A DNA stretch of 64,000 nucleotides from Eledone cirrhosa (lineage: Eukaryota). Position numbers and translations under genes: made by a program. Below the pieces are notes generated by a model, which saw nothing but the letters and a program-made list of their open reading frames with translations, did not search any database and had not been told where the DNA came from. Location of the stretch: positions 9,238,001 to 9,302,000 of the forward strand of contig OZ024765.1 in the NCBI GenBank assembly GCA_964016885.1, given 5' to 3'. This document shows, in pieces, positions 11,026-23,450 of this stretch (within the stretch, counting starts at the first letter, position 1; each line of letters opens with the position of its first letter).

Positions 11026-14018
11026 TTTGTCATAATATCGTTATGCAGACAGCCAGATATTATAAGGGCGCGACAGAGATCGATAACCGGCGCCTAACAC
11101 CCCTTTTAACAACAGAAAATTAAAAGCTGCAGTTAATATCTTTAGACCGCAAGGAATACGTAAATGCAAGTTTGAAGTCAATCGGAGTAGAAATGTGGAC
11201 AACTACAGTTTTATATAGATGTATACCTTCTCTATACAGGAAAAAATACATACTTCTTCATTACACAGGAAAGTACTACTACTGTCTTCCATAGGGACGA
11301 AAATGTGAAATTAAATAAATTAAGCACTTTTTTGTAGGCCTTTTTTATTTCTTCAAACTGTATGTGTGTATATATATATACACACACAACTGCAGGCTGA
11401 CCAAGATACTCTCATGGAATGACCAGATCAGGTTTATTTTTCAACATCCTTGGAAAGAAACAGTTATTAATAAAAAGTAAGAGGAGTATAAATTAATGTA
11501 TGCAACATCTAGTGATAGGAGAAGCTAAACCTCTAGAGACACATCGAGTTAGATAACCAAGCCTTCTATACATAATACAGACATAAACTTTCTTCAACTA
11601 TACAGTAATAAATAAATAAAAACTAAATCTCTACACAGGAAACTAGTACCTTGTTTGTGTTGACGTATATGTGACATAAAAGGATCAAATAGACCGAAAC
11701 AAAACGGCTAACTGTGTGTATATGAACAGACAGAGAGAACTATATATATATATATAACAAATTATAAGTCTATATATAGGTACCCAAGAGATGTAGTGAA
11801 ACACTTACTAACGAGTCCGTCTTCTACCTTCATGATGAATTAGCCAAATGTAGCAGTATTAAATAGAAGCCTACTTCTAATCATTTAAGAGGATCTGAAG
11901 TGTGCAAGAGAGAAGACTGAGTTGGTACAGACATATGGGTGAAGAAATGCCAGGAAGCCACAGTAAAGGTAGATCTGGAGGAGGTGATCTCAAATTGCTG
12001 AGGTTCCCAGGGATGAAGCAACTCGAGGTAAGATCGATGATGATACAATATCTAAAAATAAAATGTAGCTACTGTGTGTATGGGGAAAAGGTTTGGTTAT
12101 ATTTCATAGAAGGTATGTATATATAGTGTCGAGAGAAGGCTTAGTTTGTTAGAAGAGGTAGCTATGTACCTCTATGAATATATAGAGGGAAGATTTAGTT
12201 TAAATTCTTAGAAGAAAAGGTGTATATGAGTAAATGTGTCTAGAGGGGTAGGCTTTATTTTCCTATGTATAAAAAAGTTTTAGGTATGATTCTTAGAAAA
12301 ACGTTTATATATGTCTAAAGTAAGAAAGAAAGATAAGACCTTGCTTAATATATAAAGGAGGAGGCATACACTCTATACGATGTAATGGAAAGACTGTGTG
12401 TGCATAGGAATAATAAAAGTGGTTGAGAGCTACACCCACTGTTGATAAAGATATTTACTTACAAAAGGACGCCTGTGTCCGATGGTAGGAGAGAAATGAA
12501 GCTAAGATGCTTCGTTGGGTGTTAATGTGAAAGATATAGTGAAGATCATAAAATGTATGTGTATATAGAGGTTTAGTTTAGAAGAGGTATGTATATAATG
12601 TCGAGAGAATATTTAGTTTTGATTCTCAGAACTGCTATGTTAGTACATGTATATAGTGTGTGTGTGTATAGAGAGAGAAAGAAGAAGAAGAAAAAAGAGA
12701 TGTATGGATTTAGAGAAGGTTTAGTTATGGCAATATATATATAAGTGTAGTGAAGAACATGTGTGTGTGTGTATATATATATATATCTAAAAATGAAAGG
12801 TTTCTTCCAGTATAGACAAGATAGTAAAGTGTATATTCGTGTCTCAAGAATATCTGCGAGTGTTTAGCAATGAACTGAAGTATACACGGTAAATAAAACA
12901 TTACAAACCTCTTTCCCCGAACACAATATCCAGAACGATGTTACCGGCTCAATTCAGTAATGAAGACTGACAAGAAAACAGAAGAGTTCCAATAAGCAGG
13001 AAGTAATTCTAATAAACTTATTGTTTCAGACGATCCCGTAACAAGTTGAAAGCAGAGATTCTTTACTTAAACTTTAATTTGTACTATTAATAAATAAATA
13101 AACATATATATTTATGTATGTATACATATATACATACATAATGTTACTTTGACTGTTATTTCTAGTGTATTTATTGTTGTTTTTTATGAAAAATACAGAA
13201 ACCGAAAGGGAAAAAATTGAAAAAACTTTGGTCAAAATCAGGCAAACTTTTTTAAACAAAAGGATTTTTTTTGTAAACAAACTTGAAATTTTTGCCAAGA
13301 AAGATAACTCTTGCCTGACTTAAACGCAAAAATTTTGCGTGTGTGCAATTTATAGATACTAGCTAGTCCTTCTTATTTTATTTTGTTTTGCGGCTTCTGG
13401 CTGCTCTTTCTAAAGTGTCCATACATACGTGCTAGAAATAGTAGCCCAAAGCCGCAAAATTTTTTGCATCAAATTTTGCGTTTAAGTCAGGCAAGAGTTA
13501 TCTTTCTTGGCAAAAATTTCAAGTTTGTTTACAAAAAAAATCCTTTTGTTTAAAAAAGTTTGCCTGATTTTGACCAAAGTATTTTCAATTTTTTCACTTC
13601 CGGTTTTTGTATTTTTCATAAAAAGCAACAATAAATACACTAGAAATAGCAGTCAAAGTAACATTATGTATGTATATATGTATACATACATAAATATATA
13701 TGTTTATTTATTTATTAATAGTACAAATTAAAGTTTAAGTAAAGAATCTCTGCTTTCAACTTGTTACGGGATCGTCTGAAACAATAAGTTTATTAGAATT
13801 ACTTCCTGCTTATTGGAACTCTTCTGTTTTCTTGTCAGTCTTCATTACTGAATTGAGCCGGTAACATCGTTCTGGATATTGTGTTCGGGGAAAGAGGTTT
13901 GTAATGTTTTATTTACCGTGTATACTTCAGTTCATTGCTAAACACTCGCAGATATTCTTGAGACACGAATATACACTTTACTATCTTGTCTATACTGGAA
14001 GAAACCTTTCATTTTTAG

Positions 14019-14049
<31 letters not shown>

Positions 14050-16742
14050 TGTTCTTCACTACACTTATATATATATTGCCATAACTAAACCTTCTCTAAA
14101 TCCATACATCTCTTTTTTCTTCTTCTTCTTTCTCCCTCTATACACACACACACTATATACATGTACTAACATAGCAGTTCTGAGAATCAAAACTAAATAT
14201 TCTCTCGACATTATATACATACCTCTTCTAAACTAAACCTCTATATACACTTACATTTTATGATCTTCACTATATCTTTCACATTAACACCCAACGAAGC
14301 ATCTTAGCTTCATTTCTCTCCTACCATTGGACACAGGCGTCCTTTTGTAAGTAAATAAACCCCTTATCAACAGTGGATGTAGCTCTCAACCACTTTTATT
14401 ATCCCTCTGCACACAGTCTTTCCATTACATCGTATAGAGTGTATGCCTCCTCCTTTATATATTAAGCAGGGTCCTATATTTCCTACCTACTTTATACATA
14501 TAAACGTTTTTCTAAGAATCATACCTAAAACTTTTTTCTTCTAAGAATTATACCTTTCCTTTTTTTCTCCTCAAACCAAATCGTCTCTACATAAAGCCTA
14601 CCCCTCTAGACACATGTACTCATATACACCTTTTCTTCTAAGAATTAAAACTAAATCTTCCCTCTATATATTCATAGAGGTACATAGCTACCTCTTCTAA
14701 CAAACTAAGCCTTCTCTCGACACTATATATACATACCTTCTATGAAATACAACCAAACCTTTTCCCCATACACACAGTAGCTACCTTTTATTATCTTTAG
14801 ATATTGTAACATCATCGATCTTACCTCGAGTTGCTTCATCTCTGGGAACCTCAGCATTTGAGATCCCCTCCTCCAGATCTACCTTTACTGTGGCTTCCTG
14901 GCATTTCTTCACCCATATGTCTGTACCAACTCAGTCTTCTCTCTTGCACACTTCAGATCCTCTTAAATGATTAGAAGTAGGCTTCTACTTAATACTGCTA
15001 CATTTGGCTAATTCATGAAGGTAGAAGACAGACTCGTTAGTAAGTGTTCCACTACATCTCTTGCGTACCCATATATATACACACTTATAATTTGTTATAT
15101 ACAGGGTGCGGAGGATATTTGTTCGCAATTTTCAACTACTAATTTTATGCAAATTTTTTTTATTTCTGTTGTCACTCTTGTCTTCATAAAAACAGTGACT
15201 ATATTTCCATTATTTATTTGCAGAATAACTGATTATGAATAATTTTGAACCTCCAAATTTGTGGAAGAGACACGGGGGTTCTTGGAATCCGCGCCGGGAA
15301 GACAAATAAGGAAATTTCAGACTTTCTCAGCAGGAGAATGGTGGAAAAGGTGAGAAAGGAATTGTAAAATTCAGGATTAGACTACGAAGCAACGTCAAAA
15401 CAAACAAGGTACTATTTTCTTGTGTAGAGATTTAGTTTTGTTTATTTATTACGCTCTAGATGAAGAAAGTTTATGTGTGTATTATGTATAGAAGGCTTGG
15501 TTATCTAACTCAATGTGTCTCTAGAGGTTTAGCTTCTTCTCTCTCTAGATCTTGCATACATTAATTTAAACTCTTACTTTTTATTAATATCTCTTTCCAG
15601 GGATGTTGAATAATAAACCTGATCTGGTCATTCCATGAGAGTATCTTGGTCAGCCTGCAGTTGTGTGTATATATATATACACAGTTTGAAGAAATAAAAA
15701 AGATCAACAACAAAAACCTGTTTTATTTATTTAATTTCTTTTATTCCCTAGAGAAGACAGTAGTAGTACTTTCCTGTGTAAAGAAGATGTATGTATTTCT
15801 TCCTGTATAGAGAAGGTATACATATATAATAAAAGAAGAGGTAAGTATATATACACAGGAATAGTAGTAGTAGTTTCCTACACGAGGTATATATATATGT
15901 AAAGTTATATAGAGAAAAATATAGCTATGTGTATATATATACTGTATCTAGAGAAGGGGGTTTATAAATAGAAAAGGAAAAGTTTCTTACATCAGGTGTA
16001 TATGTATGTACAACTACATTTAAATAGACATCTTCTATAGAGCAAAGAAGAATGAAGCTGTACGTATAGAGTGATTTAGTTTCTAAGAAGAAGAGGTATA
16101 TAATTACATGCCTGTGTTTAGTGAACAGCATTTATATTGTATAAATAAAAGTAGCTGGGTGTGTGTCTCTAGATACTATATATAGATATACACAAAAGAA
16201 ATAATGAAGCAACAATTTGGTTTATTCTTTTTTCATTTCACAATTTATTTAGCTTCTTCAAAGATGGAAGTCGTTTCCTCTGTGGAGAATATTTAGCTGC
16301 TGTCATCAACATCTTACATCCACTTTTTCCTGGCTTGCAAGGGTGGGTTGGGTCGTTATCTCCTCTGTGAGCTTGAACTATCTGAGGTCAGCTCTCACCA
16401 CCTCCTCCTCCCATGTAATTGTTGATTTATATATAGAGAGAGAAACTTTAGTTAATTTCTTAAAATAGGTATATACTAGACTACTCGTGAACCGTTGGGT
16501 CATCAATAGTTCAAAGTACCCACAAAAAAACTGTATCTCGGGAACCTGTGGTCTGATTTACACAAAACTTGTCTTTTCACTAATAGCTATCCAATCACTC
16601 CACTTCAAAATTCCTTTTTCCGCATCTCTATGGATGTTTGTTCTGCTTTAAAAGTTGCGAAGTTAATGAAAAACTGGAAAGAAATTATTCTTAGTTTTCC
16701 ATTTTCTGACATCGGAATTAATATTTTCACATATTTATGCTG

Positions 16743-19700
16743 TTACAGTTTGTTCAAAAGAATGCTTTTGATGACAACATTCTTAGTTGACAGGGTGTCC
16801 TTCAGAAACACTCTGACATTTTCTTTTCGTTTTCCGCAGCTAAGGGCCATATACAGTTGACCGTGTTGGAATACAGGTCGTTCCAGATAGACCAAGATGT
16901 TTTCCATAGTTTGTCCTTGTGCTTTATGAATAGTCATAGTAAAGCACGATTGAACTGGGAATTGGCTTCATTGCAAATGGATATCCTCACCTTCGGATAG
17001 ATTAATTATTATTCTGGGTATCATAACGATCTCATTTCTGAAAGCAGCAGTGTTGATTCTTGCTACTATGAGATTCTCGTGCAGTTCTTCCACGATCATG
17101 CCCGTTCCATTACAAAGCCATGGAAGATTCAAGTTCCTCATTAGAATTATTGGCGATCCTTTTTTCAATTCCAGGTTATGTGGTGGCAGTCCTGATAGTT
17201 CAACCGAATCAAGGAATTCAGTCGGGAAATGAGTGGCATTGGCACCATCACTCACAGAATTATAGGATCGGTACTCTTTTATGGTTCCAGGTAAGCATCT
17301 GATACAGGTGGAATTGATGCTTCTCATCATTTCATTGAGAGGTACTAAGATGCAATTGTTGGAAAACACTTCAGCTGGATTGTCGAATGAGGGGTAGATG
17401 AAATCAATACAGTCTTCCATAGTTGTTGCTTGGAGAACCATTTCTTTTGGCAAAATAATTTCTTCATTTTCAGTTTTGGGGATTTTATCTTCACCAATAT
17501 CCAATAGGAACTGTGAATAGTCTCCTGCTCCCCCACTCAATCGCATGTTTGTCTTCAACTGAAATCTGTTGAAGCTTCGCCATAAGTAGGATTTTTTAAT
17601 GCAGGCATTTTCCACGTCCGCATCATTTCCCCTTTTCACTACTGGAAGAAGCTGACGGAAATCCCCACAGCAAATTGTCAAAATTCCACCAAATGCCTCG
17701 CAGAGTGAGGTCAACAGCTTCGAAGCTTTCCCTCCGAATCATAGGGCACTCATCCCAAACAATCAGCCTTGTATGCTGGAAGAGGTTTGCTGTCTGAGTT
17801 TTTATCAATGTTGTACAGACCATTTTCTTTCACTACTATCGGTATTTTGAACCTAGAATGCGCTGTTCTTCCACCAGGCATCAGTGTTGCCGCAATGCCA
17901 ATGACGCAACAGCAATAGCCACGTCACCGTTTCCCCTGACTTTTGAAAGGAGTAAGTTAATCAGGAATGTCTTTCTTGTTCCACCTGGAGCGTCAATGAA
18001 AATCAATGCAGATGTGTTCATCTCTAAACTGTTACAAACAAAGTCATACACGTGTTTTTGTTCACTATTCAATAGAGGCTCCGTCTCTTCTACAAATCGT
18101 CGCTGCTCTTCTCTGCTGTATTGCAATTCATGCAATAACTCCAAATTGCCAATATCCTGATTAGCAACAATATTATTTGGCCTTGGCAAGTTAAAGTCAC
18201 TAAGACTTTTGCCCAGGTCGTTAAGTTTGTCTTCAAAATACAGAAGACATTGATCATAATGTCTCTCGCTAATCAAAAGGTTAGAGTTTCTGGTAGCCCT
18301 TTTTTCTATTTGAAGGTAATCCTCAGACAGTGAATTCTTAAATCGAGCCCATAAAGCACTGGAATTGTTAATCTCTGTATTTGTAAGGAGCATGATGAAT
18401 AGATCTCTCATGGCTTTGGGAAGCCGTGTTCACTCAGCATCTTCCAGAGTCTGCAGCCAATGATCATCCGATTGAAGCAAACCTTTCTCTCTGCAGACGT
18501 CTTTGAATAATGGCAGGAGTTCTCCATCACACATTTTCAAAGAGTTGAAGGACACTGGCCCTTTGACGTGATGCAGAAGGAGTTGTAAGTAATACAGGTC
18601 ACCACATTGTGGAGAAACTGTATACTTGTCCAAAAACGTTCGCCTCAGAAATCCCTGGATACTGCTCAACTGTTTTCACCACCTCCTTTCCCATCTCTTA
18701 TTACTCCAAGTGTAAAACCTTGGCATATCAGCATAATACAATGTTTTTGCAAACGGATCATGAGCGCCAAGATCCATGAACTCAGTCAGAGTTGTCTTAG
18801 CCAAGTAATTGTCTACTTTAACAGTAGTAGTGACCCGAAAGAAGATTGGATTTTCCTCAGGTAGATGAACTTGAAGGTGAACTACGACCGGTTCCCTCTC
18901 ATGAATTGGAAATCCAAGTACCTAGGCAACAGCTTCTGAAGGACCGATATATCTTCCTGTTAAATACTGTATTATCTCATCTTCCCTGTTCACTGCATAT
19001 TTGATCGATTTCACGGAAGAGCATATCTCTACGTTTAGGTAGCAAGTTGAACAGTTTTAACAGTTTCATATTGTAAGGAACCACCCATTCCGAAGTTATA
19101 TTTCGGCTTTCCCTTCCTTCTTGGTGCCCTTCAAATCCTTCCATTCCTGGAGACCGTCTTCTGAACACAGGATAAGAGTCCTCTCCACACAAAGTATGTT
19201 CCTTGAAAGGCTTAGGGTACCGCTTACTGCACGTTCCATCTTTCCAACACGCCAAATTGTCAGAGCAATTCGGACCGTGTATCATGTGCTTCAGCACCAA
19301 TTCATGACCCTCTGGATCTCTGTTTGGATCTGGTATTTCGGCTTGAACGAATTCATCATATTCCTGTGGTCTGGGCTTGGAGGCTTCATTGAGCCATAGA
19401 AAACAGTGCACATAAGGAAGACCTCGCTTTTGATATTCGACGGTCAGCACGTAAGCAATGCACTTGCCAAATAGGCCATCTACTCCAGTAAGATACTTTA
19501 TGAACAGCTTCCGCTTCAGGTCAAATACTCTGACAATTAAATCTGGCCTGTCATGTGGCTTCTGATTCAGGAATAGGTTTTGCTGGATTTCAGGCCAGTT
19601 TGGATTGCATTGTAATGAAGAATGAAGCATTGCCGTACTTCCGTATATACATCATGGCATCCTGGCATCGCTCCATCATATATCTCGGTCCACCAACAAA

Positions 19701-22048
19701 TGTGGATGAGAGTATGATTCGCCTGTCGATGTTGCGAAAATCATCATCATCGTTCAATGCGTCAGTAAAGCCCTTGTATGTTGTAAATCTCAATGATGTT
19801 TGATTCATTCGGATGTATCGAAGCCTATCTCCTTCAATCTTTGCAGCCATGTCAACCAAATATTGCTGAAATAAATGACTGCCTCTGAGAAGTTGGTTGA
19901 ATTCATTCTCATGGTTCATTATTCGATAGGCATAGTAGCATATTGGCGTCAACTTCTTGTTGTTACTCATTAATAACTCATGATGCCATCCATCATCGCC
20001 ATAAGGAAAAAATAGAACATACTGCAAACTGTCATAGGACTGATGGGACTCTGAGATTATTTGCAGTTGTCTGCCTTTTCCTTTCAACACAATGTGCCGT
20101 GGTTTTGCTTGAAGTTTGGTGCTGTTTTGTATAATAATGGCAAATCCGTTTGCAGTTTGTGCATTGAATCTGGTGTCAGATCAGGATCAATAATAATCGA
20201 AGCTTCAGGAATATTTTTAATTTGTTCTTTTGCCATTAGAAATGATGCAACGTAAGGGTTATATTGTCTGAGTATAATTTCCAATAATTCAACTATGTCG
20301 CGCTGAATGCCATCATTATGGAGTATCCTCATCCTCAAATCAACACTATCCTGAGGACCCAAGAAGTAAATTTGAAGAAATTGGGGTTGTTCGTTGGGAT
20401 TAGGAGTTAAGGAACCGATGTAATGATGAATTTGACCATGAATAACGATAGGATTCCATCCACTCCTTGAGGAACGAACTTCTTCGGCCCCAAAAGATGT
20501 CATTTGGAACAGGCAGTTGTATTGTCTGAGGTTCTTCCTGAACTCGTTTGCCCTAGGTTGATGAGTACTATATAAATTGTGAAGTTCCTCAGGTAAAGGC
20601 TGAAGATTCCCCAGCCTGACTTTTCCATTCATACAGCAAAAGTTAGCAGTTTCACCATGAAAAAGCATTGCATGACAACAGACACGGATCTTATTCATCT
20701 GTCCAACATCAGCAGAGAAGTCACGTCGTTGAACTGTCCTTGCTCTATTCCGGATAGTTTGTTGCCAAAGACATTCAGTTCTCTGAACGTCCAATTCATG
20801 ATCCCTCCTGCTTCTGTCTCTTTCCCTCTGTTCCGCCAGGCGCTCAGTTCTCTGAACGTCCAATTCATGATCCCTCCTAATTCTATCTCTTTCCCTCTGT
20901 TCCGCCAGACGCTCAGTTCTTTGAGCGTCCAATTCATGATCCCTCCTAATTCTATCTCTTTCCCTCTGTTCCGCCAGGTGCTCAGTTCTCTGAACGTCCA
21001 ATTCATGATCCCTCCTAATTCTATCTCTTTCCCTCTGTTCCGCCAGACGCTCAGTTCTTTGAGCGTCCAATTCATGATCCCTCCTAATTCTATCTCTTTC
21101 CCTCTGTTCTGCCAGGCACTCAGTTCTCTGAACGTCCAATTCATGATCCCTCCTAATTCTATCTCTTTCCCTCTGTTCCGCCAGGCACTCAGTTCTCTGA
21201 ACGTCCAATTCATGATCCCTCCTAATTCTATCTCTTTCCCTCTGTTCCGCCAGGCACTCAGTTCTCTGAACGTCCAATTCATGATCCCTCCTAATTCTAT
21301 CTCTTTCCCTCTGTTCCGCCAGGCACTCAGTTCTCTGAACGTCCAATTCATGATCCCTCCTAATTCTATCTCTTTCCCTCTGTTCTGCCAGGCACTCAGT
21401 TCTCTGAACGTCCAATTCATGATCCCTCCTAATTCTATCTCTTTCCCTCTGTTCCGCCAGGCGCTCAGTTCTCTGAACGTCCAATTCATGATCCCTCCTA
21501 ATTCTATCTCTTTCCCTCTGTTCCGCCAGGCGCTCAGTTCTCTGAACGTCCAATTCATGATCCCTCCTAATTCTATCTCTTTCCCTCTGTTCCGCCAGGT
21601 GCTCAGTTCTCTGAGCGTCCGATTCATGATCTCTCCTACTTCTATCTCTTTCCCTCTGTTCCGCCAGACGCTCAGTTCTCTGAGCGTCCGATTCATGATC
21701 TCTCCTACTTCTATCTCTTTCCCTCTGTTCCGCCAGACGCTCAGTTCTCTGAGCGTCCAATTCATGATCCCTCCTAATTCTATCTCTTTCCCTCTGTTCC
21801 GCCAGACGTGTAGCTCTCTGCACATCCGATTCATGATCTCTCTTGCTTCTGTAACTTTCCGTCTGTTCTGCCAGACACTCAGCCCTTGCTTTATCAGTCT
21901 CATCGATCCTTCTATTCGCATGCCTGACTCAATCTTTTTGTTGGCATTGACTACTATCTTCCTTACCTTCTTTGGCTCTCCTTAACCGTGCACTCTTCCC
22001 ATTATCTATAGACCGACCAGATGTTTTCTTTCTTCCTCCTCGAGACAT
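16743..22048 (-). pseudogene. Helitron RepHel (HUH Rep + PIF1-family helicase), frameshifted
   Basis: ORF pieces contain CNPNWPEI, VEYQKRGLPYVH (HUH motif mutated), FIDAPGGTRKTFL (Walker A mutated), WDECPM, GDFRQLLPV, TIHKAQGQT and HGQLYMALS. Probable ATG at 22048, with a premature TGA. Confidence 0.95.
20770..21880 (-). repeat. 69-bp coding tandem repeat (~16 x 23 aa) in the RepHel N-terminus
   Basis: QRTE(R/C/H)LAEQRERDRIRRDHELD(V/A) is repeated in ORF 20084-21823. Confidence 0.97.
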
Positions 22049-22199
22049 GATCTAAGAATAGAAAATCATATTCACCTTAGAAAAAATTCTTATTACCTCA
22101 AAAAATATCGTTTTTAAATCATCACTTGAAAATATTTCTAAATAATGAAAATATTGTCTGTTTAAAGAAAGTTAAATATAAATATTTACTCACACTTCA

Positions 22200-22610
22200 A
22201 GAGAGCTTTGGCCCTGGCGCACATCCCCTCAATCTTGGAACCATCTGGATTGTCCAGAAGTGATGGGAAAATACCTGACGGTCTTTCCCTGTGATCCTGA
22301 TCGAGAGGCAGGTGTCTTGTTTGAGATATCACAGTGACTCTTTTCTTTCTTCCCACATCCTGGATGCTGCGGTTAAGGCGAGAGCCACAGCTTCCGAAGC
22401 TGAACAAAGCAAAGTTCTAAAATACTGTGATCTGTCGGCCAACTACATTTTCCAGCCTGTGGCATTCGAGATGTTTGGGGGAGTCGGGCTACTGACTGCA
22501 AAATTCCTAACTTCACTGGCGGCTTGCCTAACAATGGTAACTGGCCATCACCCGAGGTGATGCTGCCAGCGTGTTGGCTTGCCTCAAAAATCATTAGAGA
22601 GGTTTCTCAG
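22200..22610 (+). mobile_element. CRE/NeSL-type non-LTR retrotransposon RLE-domain fragment nested in the Helitron
   Basis: EPSGLSRSDGKIPDG...DITV...AEQSKVLKY...FQPVAFEMFG matches the PD-(D/E)xK restriction-like endonuclease pattern. Confidence 0.75.
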
Positions 22611-22719
22611 TGCTTCTTGTGATACTGTTATCTTTTTCTCTGGTTGTCTACCCCTTCCTTTATATTATATTCGTTTATGTTTTCGTTCTATACGCATTGT
22701 ATTATTATATTTCTATTGC

Positions 22720-23450
22720 TAGTTGGAACGGCTCCTCTTCAAATTCTTATTGAGGGGACAGGTTCCGTTGGTGAGGTGGTCCATCTGCTGCCAGTACTCT
22801 TGATGCGGAGGGCTGGGCATGCTGTGGCTAGTGATGCGCTGAGGCTGTGGCATCTCCAGATTCTCTGACTAAACGGTGAACAGGTGTGGTCACCGTTTGT
22901 CAGTAGAGACCGAGACTGGGTGACTGGCATCTGGAATGTTGCCAGGCACTCACTGCCTTTTACCAGGCGAGCAATACGGTCAGTGGAGCTACCACTCCCG
23001 AGTTCTATAGAGGATTAGTGGTGGGCAAGTGTGACAACGCACTTGGAGGGGCTATGGGTGTCGACGAAGTCAAACTGTCCAGTCTGTTCTGGAGAACTTT
23101 CGAGACGGGGATGATGAATAGCTTCCGGTTCAAGATAAACTCTAAAGACACGGAAGTGCTGTCAGACAGACCTGCCCAAGATGCGTGCAGAGCGACGAAA
23201 CCGTTTTTGCATGCACTCATCCAATGTCCGTGCATTACAGACTTGTGGAGTTATGTCGAACAGATCCAGCTATCAGCTGAGTCCATAGTGAAGATTGACC
23301 CACCGCCTTCTTTTGGCCAGGAAGGGCAGGCAATATTCCTGTCTGGTAGTAATTGCGAAAGAGGTTGTATGGTGGACCAGGTTGAAAGGACTGAAGACAG
23401 ACACTTTTCTTTTCAGCCAATCCCTCATCAACTTTTTCAAGTTTGTATTC
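22720..23450 (-). mobile_element. Nested retroelement-like fragment (5' part shared with repeats at 28430-28620 and 36450-36570)
   Basis: GC-richer block. GAGGTTGTATGGTGGAC(C/A)AGGTTGAAAGG recurs at 28512 and 36473. Confidence 0.45.

Larger units (their letters stand above)
8208..11219 (-). mobile_element. Non-autonomous Helitron (~3.0 kb)
   Basis: Minus strand has a 5' A|TCTATAT end and a 3' CTCGTGCAACGCCGGG hairpin followed by CTCG|T, with no TSD. Joining the flanks reproduces the uninterrupted opposite palindrome arm (15810-15838). Confidence 0.85.

Noticed and set aside
13074-13731. Twin 74-aa ORFs as duplicated genes
   Set aside because: They start at TTG, have low-complexity tails, and their identity simply reflects the palindrome.
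20657-21985. 442-aa plus-strand and 408-aa alternate-frame ORFs
   Set aside because: Shadows of the 69-bp RepHel repeat.
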